Shown here: positions 42,661 through 53,518 of the stretch, in pieces
Layout: each line of letters opens with the position of its first letter
Position numbering within the stretch: position 1 is the stretch's first letter
Source of the DNA: Pseudomonadota bacterium
GTDB lineage: Bacteria > Pseudomonadota > Alphaproteobacteria > Rhizobiales > Beijerinckiaceae
Length of the DNA: 64,000 nucleotides
Assembly (NCBI GenBank): GCA_023426505.1
Contig: JAFAAP010000145.1
Span: forward strand, 3,970-67,969
Direction of reading: 5' to 3'
Notes under the pieces: generated by a model
Seen by the model: only the letters and a program-made list of their open reading frames with translations
The model's database searches: none
Told to the model about the DNA's origin: nothing
Translations under genes and position numbers: made by a program

Positions 42661-45249
42661 TTAAAGATTCCTCAAGTATTGGGCCGGCTTTTGACTCAGG
42701 ATGCGCCAGGTTCCCACCAGGCCGAGCCCCACCGCCACCAGGACGGAAAGCCCGGAAGCCAGGAGAGCGCCGGAGAGATCGAGCGAAAAGCTCAGGTTCA
42801 TCACCCGTGTGATGATGAAGAAGGCCGCGAGCGTCCCGGCGAGGAGCCCGAACAAAGCCGTCGCCAAGCCCAGAAGCCCGTATTCGAGCGCGTAGGCCGA
42901 GAGCAGCCGGGCGCGGGTGGCACCCAGGGTCTTGAGCACCACCGCGTCGTAGAGGCGGGCCCGGTGACCGGCCGCGAGCGCGCCTGCGAGCACCAGGAGG
43001 CTCGCGATCAGCGCGATGGAGCTCGCGCCCCGGATCGCCATCACGAGCTGCGAGACCACGTCGTTGACTGCGTCGAGCGCGTCCTTCACGCGCACGCTCG
43101 TGACCATCGGATAGGCCTGGGCGGCGCTGCGCAGGATGCGGGCGTCGCTCGCCGCGTCCGAGCCGTTCGGATAGGTGACGGTGGCGAGATGGGTGTGCGG
43201 CGCGCCCGCGAAGGTGTTGGGCGAGAACACCATCACGAAGTTGATGCCCATGGAGCGCCATTCCACGTGGCGCAGGTTGGCGATCGTGGCCGTGATGTTG
43301 CGGCCGAGCACGTTGACCACGATCTCGTCGCCGATCTTGAGGCCGAGGCCCTCCGCGATGCGCTGGTCGAAGGACACGAGGGGCTTGCCGCGGTAATCTT
43401 CGGGCCACCACTCGCCGGCCACCACCTTGGAGCCTTCGGGCGCCGCCTTCGCGTAGGTGATGCCCCGGTCGCCCTCCAGCACCCAGGAGATGTCCTCCTC
43501 GGCCCTGATCTGGCTCGCCGGGACGCCGCGCAGGGACACGAGGCGCCCGCGCATCATCGGCACGCGCTCGATCTTGGCCTCGGCCTTCTGGCGCTTCAGG
43601 AAATCCTCGAAGGCGTCGGCCTGGGCGTTGGGGATGTCGAGGAAGAAGAAGCTCGGAGCCCGCTCCGGCAGGGTCTGCTGCAGCTGCTGCCTCAGGTTCG
43701 TGTCGATGACCGAGAGCGTCACGAGAAGCGTGATGCCCAGCCCCAGCGACAGGACGAGCGAGGGCGTGAGCGCGCCCGGCCGGTGGATGTTGGAGAGCGC
43801 AAGGCGCGGGGCTGTCCGCCGCGGGCGCGGCAGGCGCTTCGCCGCCGCCATGATGCCGGTCGCCACGAGGCGCAGGAGGACGAAGGAGCAGGCTGCGGCC
43901 GCCACGAACATCAGGGCGATGCGCCGGTCGTAGGCCGCCAGCACCGCGAGCCCCACCAAGGCCGCGACGGAGAGCGCCAGCGCCGCAAGATAGCGCCTGC
44001 GCGGCCAGCGCCGCTCCGGGTCGATCTGGTCGCGGAACAGGCCCGAGACCTGGATATCGTGGGCGCGGCCCAAGGGTCCGAGAGCAAACACGAGCGCCGT
44101 GAGCACGCCGTAGAGCAGCGCGACGCCGAGCTCCGCGACCGCGATGGTGGGCTGGATCGGGATCGGAAGGAGATGGCCGAAGAGGCCCGTGACGATGAAG
44201 GGGAGCGCCGCCCCGACCAGGAGCCCGATGGCGATGCCGATTCCGGCGATGATCATCACCTGCGTGAGGTAGAGCAGCACCACCTGGCCGCCCGGCGCCC
44301 CAAGACTCTTGAGCGTCGCGATCGACGCGCGCTTGCGGTCGACGAATCCGCGCACCGCATTGGCGACGCCGACGCCGCCCACGAGCAGAGCGGTCAGGCC
44401 CACCAGGGTCAGGAACTGGGTGAAGCGCTCGATGTTGCGGGCGAAGCGCGGATCGGCGTTGAGGCGGGTGCGGACGTTCCAGCCCGCCTCCGGCAGCACG
44501 CGGCCAGCCTCCTCCTCGACCTGCGAGAGCCCCTCCTCGGTGGAGAGGCCGGGCGGCAGGATGACCCGGTAGGTCCAGCGCACGAGGCTTCCGGGCTGGA
44601 TCAGGCCCGTGGCCCGCACGGCGTCTTCCGACACGAGGAGCCGCGGCCCGAAGCCGATGCCGCTCGCGATCTTGTCGGGCTCGGACACGAGGCTGGCGCG
44701 CAGCTCGACCGTGGCGTCGCCGACCTTCACGCGCTCGCCGACCTTGAGGTCGAGCCGCGCCAGCAGGGCCGGATCCGCCGCCGCCCCGAAGGCGCCGTCG
44801 CGTTGGCTGAGGAGATCGGTCGGAATCATCGGCGGGTCCGTCTCCAGGGCGCCGACGGTCGGATAGTTCTCATCCACGGCCTTCAGCTCGACCAGGGCCG
44901 AGCCCTTGTCGCCCGCCAGCACCATGGCGCGCATGGACGCGATGGTGTTCACCTGGCCCTTGGACGCGAGAAAGGCCTTCTCCTGCGCATTGGCCTCCCG
45001 CTGGAGCAACGAGAAGGCCATGTCGCCGCCGAGGATCCGGCGGCCCTCGCGGCCGATCCCGTCGGTGAGCGAGCGCGACAGGGAGGAGACGCCCGCGATC
45101 GCCGCGACGCCGAGCGCGATGCAGGCGAGGAAGATGCCGAAGCCTTTGAGCCCGCCGCGCAATTCGCGCAGGGCGAGGCGCAGCACGAGGGGAAGGCGGG
45201 AGCCTGAGCCCGGCTGGCGCCGGGGCTTGGCCGGAATGGTGCCGTGCAT
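42661..45249 (-). CDS. FtsX-like ABC transporter permease, double-FtsX 10-TMS type (YbbP-like)
   Basis: 862 aa. LALRELRGGLKGFGIFLACIALGVAAI N-terminus. Two FtsX-type 4-TM bundles separated by large periplasmic segments. Confidence 0.85.
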   Translation of the reverse strand: MHGTIPAKPRRQPGSGSRLPLVLRLALRELRGGLKGFGIFLACIALGVAAIAGVSSLSRSLTDGIGREGRRILGGDMAFSLLQREANAQEKAFLASKGQVNTIASMRAMVLAGDKGSALVELKAVDENYPTVGALETDPPMIPTDLLSQRDGAFGAAADPALLARLDLKVGERVKVGDATVELRASLVSEPDKIASGIGFGPRLLVSEDAVRATGLIQPGSLVRWTYRVILPPGLSTEEGLSQVEEEAGRVLPEAGWNVRTRLNADPRFARNIERFTQFLTLVGLTALLVGGVGVANAVRGFVDRKRASIATLKSLGAPGGQVVLLYLTQVMIIAGIGIAIGLLVGAALPFIVTGLFGHLLPIPIQPTIAVAELGVALLYGVLTALVFALGPLGRAHDIQVSGLFRDQIDPERRWPRRRYLAALALSVAALVGLAVLAAYDRRIALMFVAAAACSFVLLRLVATGIMAAAKRLPRPRRTAPRLALSNIHRPGALTPSLVLSLGLGITLLVTLSVIDTNLRQQLQQTLPERAPSFFFLDIPNAQADAFEDFLKRQKAEAKIERVPMMRGRLVSLRGVPASQIRAEEDISWVLEGDRGITYAKAAPEGSKVVAGEWWPEDYRGKPLVSFDQRIAEGLGLKIGDEIVVNVLGRNITATIANLRHVEWRSMGINFVMVFSPNTFAGAPHTHLATVTYPNGSDAASDARILRSAAQAYPMVTSVRVKDALDAVNDVVSQLVMAIRGASSIALIASLLVLAGALAAGHRARLYDAVVLKTLGATRARLLSAYALEYGLLGLATALFGLLAGTLAAFFIITRVMNLSFSLDLSGALLASGLSVLVAVGLGLVGTWRILSQKPAQYLRNL

Positions 45250-45264
45250 GTCGGTCCCGCCCCC

Positions 45265-45951
<687 letters not shown>

Positions 45952-46011
45952 GCCCGATGACCCGATCTGTTGTGAGATTTTGCCGAGACTCCCGGCACCG
46001 TTCGAAGACAT

Positions 46012-46689
46012 ATGGGAAGCATATCGATGAAGCGCCAATCCGGCCCGTTCATGACGATCATATTTGCGTGTGCGGCCGCCCTTGCGGCCGTGGTCGTCCC
46101 GGCTCACGCTCCGTTGGCGCAGGGCCAGCCGATCCGCCTCGTGGCGCTGGGCGACAGCCTCACGGCGGGCTACGGGCTGCCCCAGGAAGCGGCCTTTCCG
46201 GTGGTCCTCGAACGGGCCCTGAAGGCGAAGGGCTACAACGTGGAGGTCGCCAATGCGGGCGTCTCGGGCGACACCGCCTCGGCGGGCCTCGACCGGCTCG
46301 ACTGGTCGGTGCCGGACGGGACGGACGGCGTGATCGTCGAGCTCGGCGCCAACGACATGCTGCGCGGCGTCGATCCGTCCGTGCCGAGGAAAGCCATCGA
46401 CGGCATCGTCGAGCGCCTGAAGCAGCGCGGCATCCCGGTGATGCTCGCCGGCATGTTGGCCTCGCGCAACCTGGGCGCGGACTATGCCCAAAAATTCGAC
46501 AGCCTCTATCCGGAGATTGCGAGGAAGCACGACCTTGTGCTCTACCCCTTCTTCCTGGACGGAGTCGCCGGCGAACGGTCCCTCAACCTTCAGGACGGGA
46601 TCCACCCGACCGCGAAGGGCGTCGAGATCATCGTCGCGCGCATCCTGCCCACCGTCGAACGATTTATCGCCACCCTGTCGAAGCGCTGA
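46012..46689 (+). CDS. SGNH/GDSL arylesterase (TesA-like), secreted
   Basis: GDSLTAGYG block I and DGIHP block V. Diverges from the ybbA/ybbP-like ABC genes, as in the classic tesA-ybbA arrangement. The start may be the Met at 46027. Confidence 0.8.
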   Translation: MGSISMKRQSGPFMTIIFACAAALAAVVVPAHAPLAQGQPIRLVALGDSLTAGYGLPQEAAFPVVLERALKAKGYNVEVANAGVSGDTASAGLDRLDWSVPDGTDGVIVELGANDMLRGVDPSVPRKAIDGIVERLKQRGIPVMLAGMLASRNLGADYAQKFDSLYPEIARKHDLVLYPFFLDGVAGERSLNLQDGIHPTAKGVEIIVARILPTVERFIATLSKR

Positions 46690-46752
46690 CGTCCGTCCGC
46701 GCTCACCCCGAGCCTTGAACGCGGCGGGCTCCCCGCCGCGAGGAGCCTTGCC

Positions 46753-47799
46753 ATGGAATACCGCCGCCTCGGCCGCACCGACCTCAATGTCAGCCTCATC
46801 TGCCTCGGGACCATGACCTGGGGCCAGCAGAACACGGAGGCCGAGGGCCACGCGCAGATGGACTACGCCCTCGACCGGGGCATCAACTTCTTCGACACGG
46901 CGGAACTCTATTCCATTCCCCCGCGGGCGGAGACCCAAGGCTCCACGGAGCGGATCATCGGCTCCTGGTTCAAGGCCCGGGGCAACCGCGACAAGGTGAT
47001 CTTGGCGTCGAAGGTGGTCGGCCGCTCGGAGAACACCTGGTTCCGGGACGACGGCTCGCCGGCCGAGCTCTCCCGCGCCCAGATCGAGGAGGCGGTGAAC
47101 AAGAGCCTGAAGCGGCTCCAGACGGACTACATCGATCTCTACCAGATCCACTGGCCCGACCGGCCGATGCCCTGGGGCTCCAACCCGACGATCTTCCATC
47201 GCAAGGAATCGGACTTCCACCCGATCCAGGAGACGCTGGAGATCATGCGCGACCTCGTGAAGGCCGGGAAGATCCGCCATCTCGGCCTCTCGAACGAGAG
47301 CGCCTGGGGCGCCATGACGTTCCTGAAAGGCGCCGAGGCCGACCCGTCCCTGCCGCGGGTGCAGTCGATCCAGAACGCCTACAACCTCCTCAACCGCACC
47401 TACGAGGTGGCGCTCGCCGAGGTGAGCATGCGCGAGGAGGTGGGCCTGCTGGCCTATTCGCCGCTCGCCCAGGGCTACCTGACCGGCAAGTACCTCGACG
47501 GCGCCCGGCCCGCAGGCGCGCGCACCACGCTGTTCAATCGCGGCCAGCGCTACGAGACCCCCGGCGCCGAGCCGGCGGTCCGCAAATACGTGGCGCTCGC
47601 CCGCGAGTTCGGCCTCGATCCGGCCCAGATGGCCATCGCCTTCGCCAATTCCCGCCCCTTCGTGGCCTCGACCATCATCGGCGCAACCTCGATGGAGCAG
47701 CTGAAGGCCGATATCGGGTCGATCGACGTGAGGATCACGCCGGAGCTGGAGGAGCGCATCGACGCGATCCACCTGCAGCACTGCAATCCGTGTCCGTAA
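46753..47799 (+). CDS. Aldo/keto reductase (Tas-like)
   Basis: MEYRRLGRTDLNVSLICLGTMTWG...FFDTAELY...DLYQIHWPD are typical AKR motifs. Confidence 0.9.
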   Translation: MEYRRLGRTDLNVSLICLGTMTWGQQNTEAEGHAQMDYALDRGINFFDTAELYSIPPRAETQGSTERIIGSWFKARGNRDKVILASKVVGRSENTWFRDDGSPAELSRAQIEEAVNKSLKRLQTDYIDLYQIHWPDRPMPWGSNPTIFHRKESDFHPIQETLEIMRDLVKAGKIRHLGLSNESAWGAMTFLKGAEADPSLPRVQSIQNAYNLLNRTYEVALAEVSMREEVGLLAYSPLAQGYLTGKYLDGARPAGARTTLFNRGQRYETPGAEPAVRKYVALAREFGLDPAQMAIAFANSRPFVASTIIGATSMEQLKADIGSIDVRITPELEERIDAIHLQHCNPCP

Positions 47800-47819
47800 C
47801 CCTCGTTACGGCCTTCTGC

Positions 47820-47848
47820 GTCATCCCCGGGACAAACCTGGGGATGAC
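47820..47848. repeat. Palindromic unit GTCATCCCC...GGGGATGAC (copy 1)
   Basis: 9-bp perfect stem read directly. It shares its core with the copy at 48520-48554. A separate 7-bp hairpin CCGTAAC/GTTACGG (47794-47811) overlaps the AKR stop. Confidence 0.55.
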
Positions 47849-47977
47849 GACGGCGAGCGCAACGGTTGTCCCCGGAACAAATGCGACTGTTGATCGTCTG
47901 ATTCTGCATCTTGCGGGGCCGGTCCGCCTGCCCTCATGATCGCGTATCAAGAGTCCGCCAGGCTCAGGAGGTGCCGT

Positions 47978-48511
47978 ATGCCACGCCTGTTCACCGGCAT
48001 CGAGATCCCGGCCGAGATCGGCCTTCAGCTCTCGAGCTATCGTGGCGGCCTGCCCGGGGCGCGCTGGATCGATCCCGAGAACTACCACATCACCCTCCGG
48101 TTCATCGGCGACATCGATGTCAGCACGGCGCGCGACGTGTACTCGATCCTGGGCGACACCCGGCGGCGCGATCCGTTCACGGTGACCATCGAGGGGCTCG
48201 ACACCTTCGGGGGCGAGCGTCCCCGGGTGGTCTTCGCCCGCGCCGGCAACGGGGACCTCACCGACATGCACCAGGAGCAGGAGCGCCTGATCCGCCGGGT
48301 CGGCCTGCCGCCGGAGCGGCGCAAGTTCACCCCGCACGTGACCCTGGCGCGCCTGCGGGACTCCTCCCCCATCGACGTGGCCGACTACTTCGCCACCCGG
48401 GGGCACTTTCCCCGGCTGACCTTCACGGCCCGCCGCTTCGTGCTGTTCTCGTCCCGCGACTCGGTCGGCGGCGGCCCCTACGTGGTCGAGGCGGCTTACC
48501 CTCTGGGTTGA
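47978..48511 (+). CDS. thpR: RNA 2',3'-cyclic phosphodiesterase (2H phosphoesterase, LigT/ThpR)
   Basis: AGGAGG RBS upstream. MPRLFTGIEIP... with two HxT motifs (HITLRF, HVTLAR). Confidence 0.85.
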   Translation: MPRLFTGIEIPAEIGLQLSSYRGGLPGARWIDPENYHITLRFIGDIDVSTARDVYSILGDTRRRDPFTVTIEGLDTFGGERPRVVFARAGNGDLTDMHQEQERLIRRVGLPPERRKFTPHVTLARLRDSSPIDVADYFATRGHFPRLTFTARRFVLFSSRDSVGGGPYVVEAAYPLG

Positions 48512-48519
48512 GGCTGCCT

Positions 48520-48554
48520 GTCATCCCCGGCAGCCCGAAAGGGCCGGGGATGAC
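48520..48554. repeat. Palindromic unit GTCATCCCCGG...CCGGGGATGAC (copy 2)
   Basis: 11-bp perfect stem, 9 nt after the thpR stop. Confidence 0.55.
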
Positions 48555-48613
48555 ACCAAAGCGCCTGATCCCGAGCCTCGACGCAACGGCCAAGGTTGCT
48601 TAAACCTCGGGCC

Positions 48614-49207
48614 ATGGCATCCATCATCTTCCTCACCCACCCCGAAGTCGTCATCGACCCGGACGTCCCGGTCCCGGAGTGGCCACTCAGCCCGGTCGGG
48701 CGCGCGCGGGCGGAGCGCTTCGCCGAGATGCTCGTCGGGCGTGGTGTCACGGCGGTCCATGCCTCGACCGAGCAAAAGGCCATGGACGGGGCCGCGATCG
48801 TGGCCGGGCGTCTCGGTCTGCCCTACGGCACCGACGAGCATCTCGGCGAGAACGACCGCTCGGCCACAGGCTATCTCGCGCCGCCCGAGTTCTGGGAGGT
48901 GGTGAAGGAATTCTTCGGCCGGCCGCACGAGAGCATCCGGGGCTGGGAGCGCGCCATCGATGCGCAGTCCCGCATCGTCGGGGCGGTGACCCGTGTCGCC
49001 CGCGAGGATGAGACCGAAGGCGACCTCGTCATCGTGTCCCACGGGGGCGTCGGCGCATTGCTGACCGCCCATCTCCAGAAGGTCGAGATCGGCCGGGAGA
49101 GCCGCCCGTCCCATCCGGGCGGGGGCTGCTTTATCGTGTTCGACCGCGACACCTTCGCGATCCGGCAGGACTGGCGCGCGATCGAGGACGGGCTCGGCGC
49201 GATCTGA
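48614..49207 (+). CDS. Histidine phosphatase (phosphoglycerate-mutase-like) family protein
   Basis: MASIIFLTHPEV (atypical THP in place of RHG) ... VIVSHGGVGALL. The family is inferred from its length and the C-terminal SHGG motif. Confidence 0.65.
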   Translation: MASIIFLTHPEVVIDPDVPVPEWPLSPVGRARAERFAEMLVGRGVTAVHASTEQKAMDGAAIVAGRLGLPYGTDEHLGENDRSATGYLAPPEFWEVVKEFFGRPHESIRGWERAIDAQSRIVGAVTRVAREDETEGDLVIVSHGGVGALLTAHLQKVEIGRESRPSHPGGGCFIVFDRDTFAIRQDWRAIEDGLGAI

Positions 49208-49280
49208 AGGCTTGCCAGGCGGGCTGCGGGGGACTAGCCCCTGCCCTCGACCGATCACCCGCGAAGAGGCGCCCGCACCG

Positions 49281-50294
49281 ATGAGCCGCACCAGCATGGC
49301 CCGATTGATGCCCGGCATCGCCCTGTGCGGGGCCATCGCGCTCGCGGCCATGGGGCTCCAGCACCTGGAAGAGGCCTGGACGGGGCGGCCGTGGCTGGAG
49401 GCGCTCGTGATCGCGATCCTCGTCGGCACGGTCATCCGCACGGCCTGGACGCCGGATGCGCGTTTCGCGTCCGGCATCGGCTTCTCGGCCAAGATGCTGC
49501 TGGAGGTGGCCGTGATGCTGTTAGGCGCCTCGATCAGCTTCCAGGCCGTCATGCAGGCGGGGCTCGGCTTGATCCTCGGCATCGCGGTCGTGGTCGCCGT
49601 GGCGATCGGGGCGAGCTACGGCCTGTGCCGGCTGCTCGGCCTGCCCAAGCGCATGGCCGTGCTGGTCGCCTGCGGCAACTCGATCTGCGGAAACTCGGCC
49701 ATCGCGGCGGTGGCGCCGGTGATCGGCGCCAAACCGGAGGACGTGGCCTCCTCCATCGCCTTCACGGCGATCCTCGGGGTGATCGTGGTCCTGGGCCTGC
49801 CCCTGCTGGTGCCGGTGCTCGGCCTGTCGGAGACGCAGTACGGGGTGCTGGCGGGCCTGACCGTCTATGCGGTGCCGCAGGTGCTCGCCGCCACTTTGCC
49901 CGTCGGCATGGTGAGCACCCAGCTCGGCACCCTGGTGAAGCTGGTGCGGGTCCTGATGCTCGGCCCCGTGGTGATCGGGCTCTCGCTCGCCACGGGCCGC
50001 GATGGGGCGAGCCGGCCGGGCTTCTCGCTCAACCGTTTCGTGCCCTGGTTCATCATCGGGTTTTTGGGCCTCGCGGCCCTGCGCTCGGCGGGCCTCATCC
50101 CCGACATGGTGCTGAAGGCCGTCATGCCGCTCGCCACGATCCTCACCGTCGTCTCGATGGCGGCGTTGGGGCTCGGCGTGGACCTCAAGGTCCTGGGCCG
50201 CGTCGGCGGGCGGGTGACGCTCGCCGTGACCCTGTCGCTGTTGGTGCTGCTCACGATCAGCCTCGGATTGATCCGAATGCTCGGGGTGGCGTGA
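49281..50294 (+). CDS. YeiH/UPF0324-family putative sulfate exporter-type membrane protein
   Basis: ...[23 protein letters not shown]... motif and about 10 TM segments. Confidence 0.8.
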   Translation: MSRTSMARLMPGIALCGAIALAAMGLQHLEEAWTGRPWLEALVIAILVGTVIRTAWTPDARFASGIGFSAKMLLEVAVMLLGASISFQAVMQAGLGLILGIAVVVAVAIGASYGLCRLLGLPKRMAVLVACGNSICGNSAIAAVAPVIGAKPEDVASSIAFTAILGVIVVLGLPLLVPVLGLSETQYGVLAGLTVYAVPQVLAATLPVGMVSTQLGTLVKLVRVLMLGPVVIGLSLATGRDGASRPGFSLNRFVPWFIIGFLGLAALRSAGLIPDMVLKAVMPLATILTVVSMAALGLGVDLKVLGRVGGRVTLAVTLSLLVLLTISLGLIRMLGVA

Positions 50295-50370
50295 CGCTTC
50301 AGGTCTTGAAAGACGTCGCGCGAGGCCAATCACTAAGGGATCATCGATCCCACGCGAAAAGCCCTCTCCC

Positions 50371-50676
50371 ATGAAGCCTCTCAGCGACGGCGAACGCGCC
50401 GAAATCCTCCCCGCTCTCGACGGCTGGACCCTGGTCGAGGGCCGCGACGCGCTTCACAAGCGCTTCGTCTTCGACGACTTCAACGCCGCCTTCGGGTGGA
50501 TGGCGCGGGTCGCGCTCGTGGCCGAGCAGATGAACCACCATCCGGAATGGTTCAACGTCTACAACAAGGTCGACGTGACCCTCTCGACCCATGACGCGAA
50601 CGGCCTCACCCGCCGCGACGTGGAGCTGGCCCAGCGCATGGACCAGTTCGCCGCCGGCCTCGCCAGGGCGCGGTGA
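50371..50676 (+). CDS. phhB: 4a-hydroxytetrahydrobiopterin (pterin-4-alpha-carbinolamine) dehydratase
   Basis: ...[43 protein letters not shown] is a canonical PCD signature. Confidence 0.9.
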   Translation: MKPLSDGERAEILPALDGWTLVEGRDALHKRFVFDDFNAAFGWMARVALVAEQMNHHPEWFNVYNKVDVTLSTHDANGLTRRDVELAQRMDQFAAGLARAR

Positions 50677-50677
50677 C

Positions 50678-51085
50678 ATGACGGAGATGCGGATCCTCAA
50701 GGGAAGCTGCGCCTGCGGCCGGGTGACCTTCGAGGCACGGGGCGAGCCGAAGCGGGTCGGCCTGTGCCATTGCATGACCTGCCGCAAGATCAGCGGCAGC
50801 GCCTTCAATGCCTTCGTGATCTACCCGGCCGACCGGGTGACGGTCAGCGGCGAGGTCTCGCGGTGGTCGGCGACGGCCGAATCCCAGCGCGGCTTCTGCC
50901 CTGTCTGCGGCTCGCCGGTCTTCGACCTGGATGCGGCCGACGAGATCGAGCTCACGCTCGGCACCTTTGACGCCCCCAACCTGTTCACCCCCACCTACGA
51001 AGGCTGGGCGGTCCGGCGCGAACACTGGGTCAGGACGCCGGACCTGATCTCCTACCCGGAGAACCGGGGCGAGAAGACCTCCTGA
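50678..51085 (+). CDS. GFA-family zinc protein (second copy in window)
   Basis: Start trimmed to MTEMRILKGSCACGRVTF...GLCHCMTCRKISGSAF...FCPVCGSP. Confidence 0.8.
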   Translation: MTEMRILKGSCACGRVTFEARGEPKRVGLCHCMTCRKISGSAFNAFVIYPADRVTVSGEVSRWSATAESQRGFCPVCGSPVFDLDAADEIELTLGTFDAPNLFTPTYEGWAVRREHWVRTPDLISYPENRGEKTS

Positions 51086-51092
51086 GGGAGGT

Positions 51093-51878
51093 CTATTTCG
51101 GCTGCATGCGCAGCGCCCCGTCGAGGCGGATCGCCTCGCCGTTGAGCATGTCGTTCTCGATGATCGCCTTCACCAGGGTGGCGTATTCCTCCGGCCGGCC
51201 GAGGCGGGACGGGAACGGCACGTTGGCCTCGAGCGCCTTGCGGTAATCCTCCGCGATGCCCTCGAAAAGCGGCGTGTGGAACAGTCCCGGCATGATGGTC
51301 ATGACCCGGATGCCGAAGCCCGAGAGGTCGCGGGCGACCGGCAGGGTGAGGCCGAGCACGCCGCCCTTGGAGGCCGAATAGGCCGCCTGCCCGATCTGCC
51401 CGTCCTGCGCGGCGACGGACGCCGTGTTGACGATCACGCCGCGCCCGCCGTCCGGGGTGACCGGGTCGAGCCCGGCCATGGCGGCGGCGCATTTCGAAAT
51501 CATCGCATAGGTGCCGATGAGGTTGATCTCGACGGCGCGCCGAAAGGACGCGACATCGTGCGCGATCAGCTCGCCGGTCTCGCGCTTCTTGGTGACCGTG
51601 CGCTTGCCCGGCGCGATGCCGGCGCAGTTGACGAGGATGCGCTCGATGCCGTGGGCCGCCCGGGCCTGGGCGAGAGCCGCATCGATCGACGCCTCGTCGG
51701 TCACGTCCGCCCGGCAGAAGACCCCGCCGATCTCGCGGGCGACCTCGCCGCCGCGCTCGGCGTTCATGTCGAGGATCGCGACCTTCGCGCCCTGCGCGGC
51801 CAGCATGCGGGCGGTGGCCTCGCCGAGGCCGGAGGCGGCGCCGGTCACGACGGCTGCCATAGATTCGTCGAGCTTCAT
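51093..51878 (-). CDS. Short-chain dehydrogenase/reductase (3-hydroxyacyl-CoA dehydrogenase type 2-like)
   Basis: The ATG at 51878 has a GAGGAG RBS. VVTGAASGLG cofactor motif and YSASKGGV catalytic motif. Confidence 0.85.
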   Translation of the reverse strand: MKLDESMAAVVTGAASGLGEATARMLAAQGAKVAILDMNAERGGEVAREIGGVFCRADVTDEASIDAALAQARAAHGIERILVNCAGIAPGKRTVTKKRETGELIAHDVASFRRAVEINLIGTYAMISKCAAAMAGLDPVTPDGGRGVIVNTASVAAQDGQIGQAAYSASKGGVLGLTLPVARDLSGFGIRVMTIMPGLFHTPLFEGIAEDYRKALEANVPFPSRLGRPEEYATLVKAIIENDMLNGEAIRLDGALRMQPK

Positions 51879-51962
51879 GGGTTTTCTCACTCCTCAGGAT
51901 GGGGTCTGTTTAAGCCATCCCGCCCCGAGGGCGAAGCGAGTTTATCGAAGGAGCACGACGGC

Positions 51963-52337
51963 ATGAGCGACGCATTCACGAAGCCTTTCACCAAGGCCGA
52001 GGTGGAGGCCATGCGCGCCGAACTCCGCGACGAGGAGGGCCTGACGCGCAAGTTCTGGGGCAAGCTCCGCCGCGTGGGCGGAAAGATCCCCTTCGCGGAG
52101 GATCTGGTGGCCGCCTTCTACTGCGCCACCGATCCCTCGACCCCGAATCGGGTCCGGCTCGTGCTCCTCGGAGCCGTCGCGTATTTCCTGCTCCCGACCG
52201 ATGCGGTCGCCGACTTCCTGCCCCTGATCGGGTTCGCGGACGACGCGGCGGTGCTCGCCGCCGCCATCACCCAGGTGGCCGGCTCGATCACGGACGAGCA
52301 CCGGGCCAGGGCGAAGGACGCGCTGAAGACGGATTGA
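51963..52337 (+). CDS. DUF1232 (YkvA-like) membrane protein
   Basis: ...LLPTDAVADFLPLIGFADDAAVLAAA is a typical DUF1232 core. Confidence 0.7.
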   Translation: MSDAFTKPFTKAEVEAMRAELRDEEGLTRKFWGKLRRVGGKIPFAEDLVAAFYCATDPSTPNRVRLVLLGAVAYFLLPTDAVADFLPLIGFADDAAVLAAAITQVAGSITDEHRARAKDALKTD

Positions 52338-52447
52338 GCCGGGAATCTCCCGAAGCACGGCCAATTCGACGCATCGTCTTTGTGACCGAGGTTGCTTACC
52401 CAAGATGGTGAAGAGTTCTTAACCATCTCGGCCGTATATCTCGCCCC

Positions 52448-53155
52448 ATGATCGACACATTCCTCCAGCGCGGCCTTGCCGCGGGCATCATTTCCGCCGC
52501 CTTCATCATCGGAACCGGGCCTGCCGCTCTCGCCCAGGGGCAGCGCTCCACGCCAGCCGCCAAACCTGCCGCGCAGAAGACGGCACCGGCCGCAAAGCCG
52601 ACGGCTGCGAAACCCGATCCCAAGTCCAAGGCCTCGACCGCCACGAAGGCCGGCGCTGGCGCGGCCGCGGGTGCGGCTGCAGGAGCCGCCGCTGCGGCGC
52701 CTGCAACGGGCCCGGGAGGCGCGTCGCTTCTGGCGTCCTACGCGGACTGGAACGTCTACACGGCCCAGACCGGCCGCTCGAAGATCTGCTATGCCCTGAG
52801 CCAGCCCAAGGACCGGCTCCCGAAGAACCTCAACCGCGATCCGGCCTACCTGTTCGTGTCGTTCCGGCCGGCCGAGAACGTGAAGAACGAGGTCGCGCTG
52901 GTGCTGGGCTTCGCCGCCAAGGACAACGGGGCCGCCGAGGCCGCGATCGGTCGGGCGTCCTACGCGCTCCTGACCAAGGACACCAATGCCTGGCTGAAGA
53001 ACCCGGCCGAGGAGAGCCAGGCCATCGCCACCATGGCGAGGGGCGGGAGCGTCGTGGTGAAGACGCTGTCCGCCCGCGGCAATCAGCTGACCGACCGCTA
53101 TTCGCTGAGCGGCTTCAATCAGGCCCTCGACCGCGCCCGCAAGGAGTGCTCGTAA
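52448..53155 (+). CDS. Invasion-associated locus B (IalB)-family periplasmic protein with Ala/Pro/Lys-rich linker
   Basis: A signal peptide, then a low-complexity AAKPAAQKTAPAAKPTAAKP... region, then an IalB-like body WNVYTAQTGRSKICYALSQP. Confidence 0.7.
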   Translation: MIDTFLQRGLAAGIISAAFIIGTGPAALAQGQRSTPAAKPAAQKTAPAAKPTAAKPDPKSKASTATKAGAGAAAGAAAGAAAAAPATGPGGASLLASYADWNVYTAQTGRSKICYALSQPKDRLPKNLNRDPAYLFVSFRPAENVKNEVALVLGFAAKDNGAAEAAIGRASYALLTKDTNAWLKNPAEESQAIATMARGGSVVVKTLSARGNQLTDRYSLSGFNQALDRARKECS

Positions 53156-53205
53156 CGGGGACGAACGCCCGTCGATCCGACGAGGCGCGTTCCCCGTGAG
53201 AGCCG

Positions 53206-53457
53206 TTACTCGGCGAACCGAACCAGCGCGCGCAGCCCGTCTATGAGAAGCTTGCGGCGGTCTTCGGACAAATCATTCTCGCAGACGGCGTCGACGAGGG
53301 CGGCTAATTCTTCCCGGCTGGGCCGCCGCTCCCGGATCTCGCTCGCCCACATGATGATCTCCGAGGCGCGGCTGGCGCAGGAGGGACACGCGTCGGCGAT
53401 CTGGTGAGCCAGGGCGACAATGCTGTCGACCGGTGAGGCTTCAGGATCCTGGGGCAT
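53206..53457 (-). CDS. Hypothetical 83-aa protein
   Basis: Start trimmed to MPQDPEASPVDS. GC-rich third codon positions, but no family recognised. Confidence 0.3.
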   Translation of the reverse strand: MPQDPEASPVDSIVALAHQIADACPSCASRASEIIMWASEIRERRPSREELAALVDAVCENDLSEDRRKLLIDGLRALVRFAE

Positions 53458-53518
53458 CGCGCCTGCTTCCCATGCACTTGGATCCGCTCGCTCTGGCGAT
53501 GGTCGCGAGCAGCGCCCG

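Noticed and set aside
42571-45207. 878-aa plus-strand ORF opposite the FtsX-like permease
   Set aside because: The translation is dominated by Arg/Glu/Asp/Gly/His runs with no motifs. The minus-strand frame gives a coherent 10-TMS FtsX permease coupled to its ATPase.
45952-47781. Upstream 610 codons of the 838-aa minus ORF (45265-47781)
   Set aside because: It is antisense to the well-supported TesA-like and aldo/keto reductase genes. Only the ABC ATPase portion (45265-45951) is real.
52560-52720. Ala/Pro/Lys-rich repeat DNA in the IalB-like gene as a possible variable-number tandem repeat
   Set aside because: It is an imperfect low-complexity linker within a coding region. I could not define discrete identical repeat units by eye.
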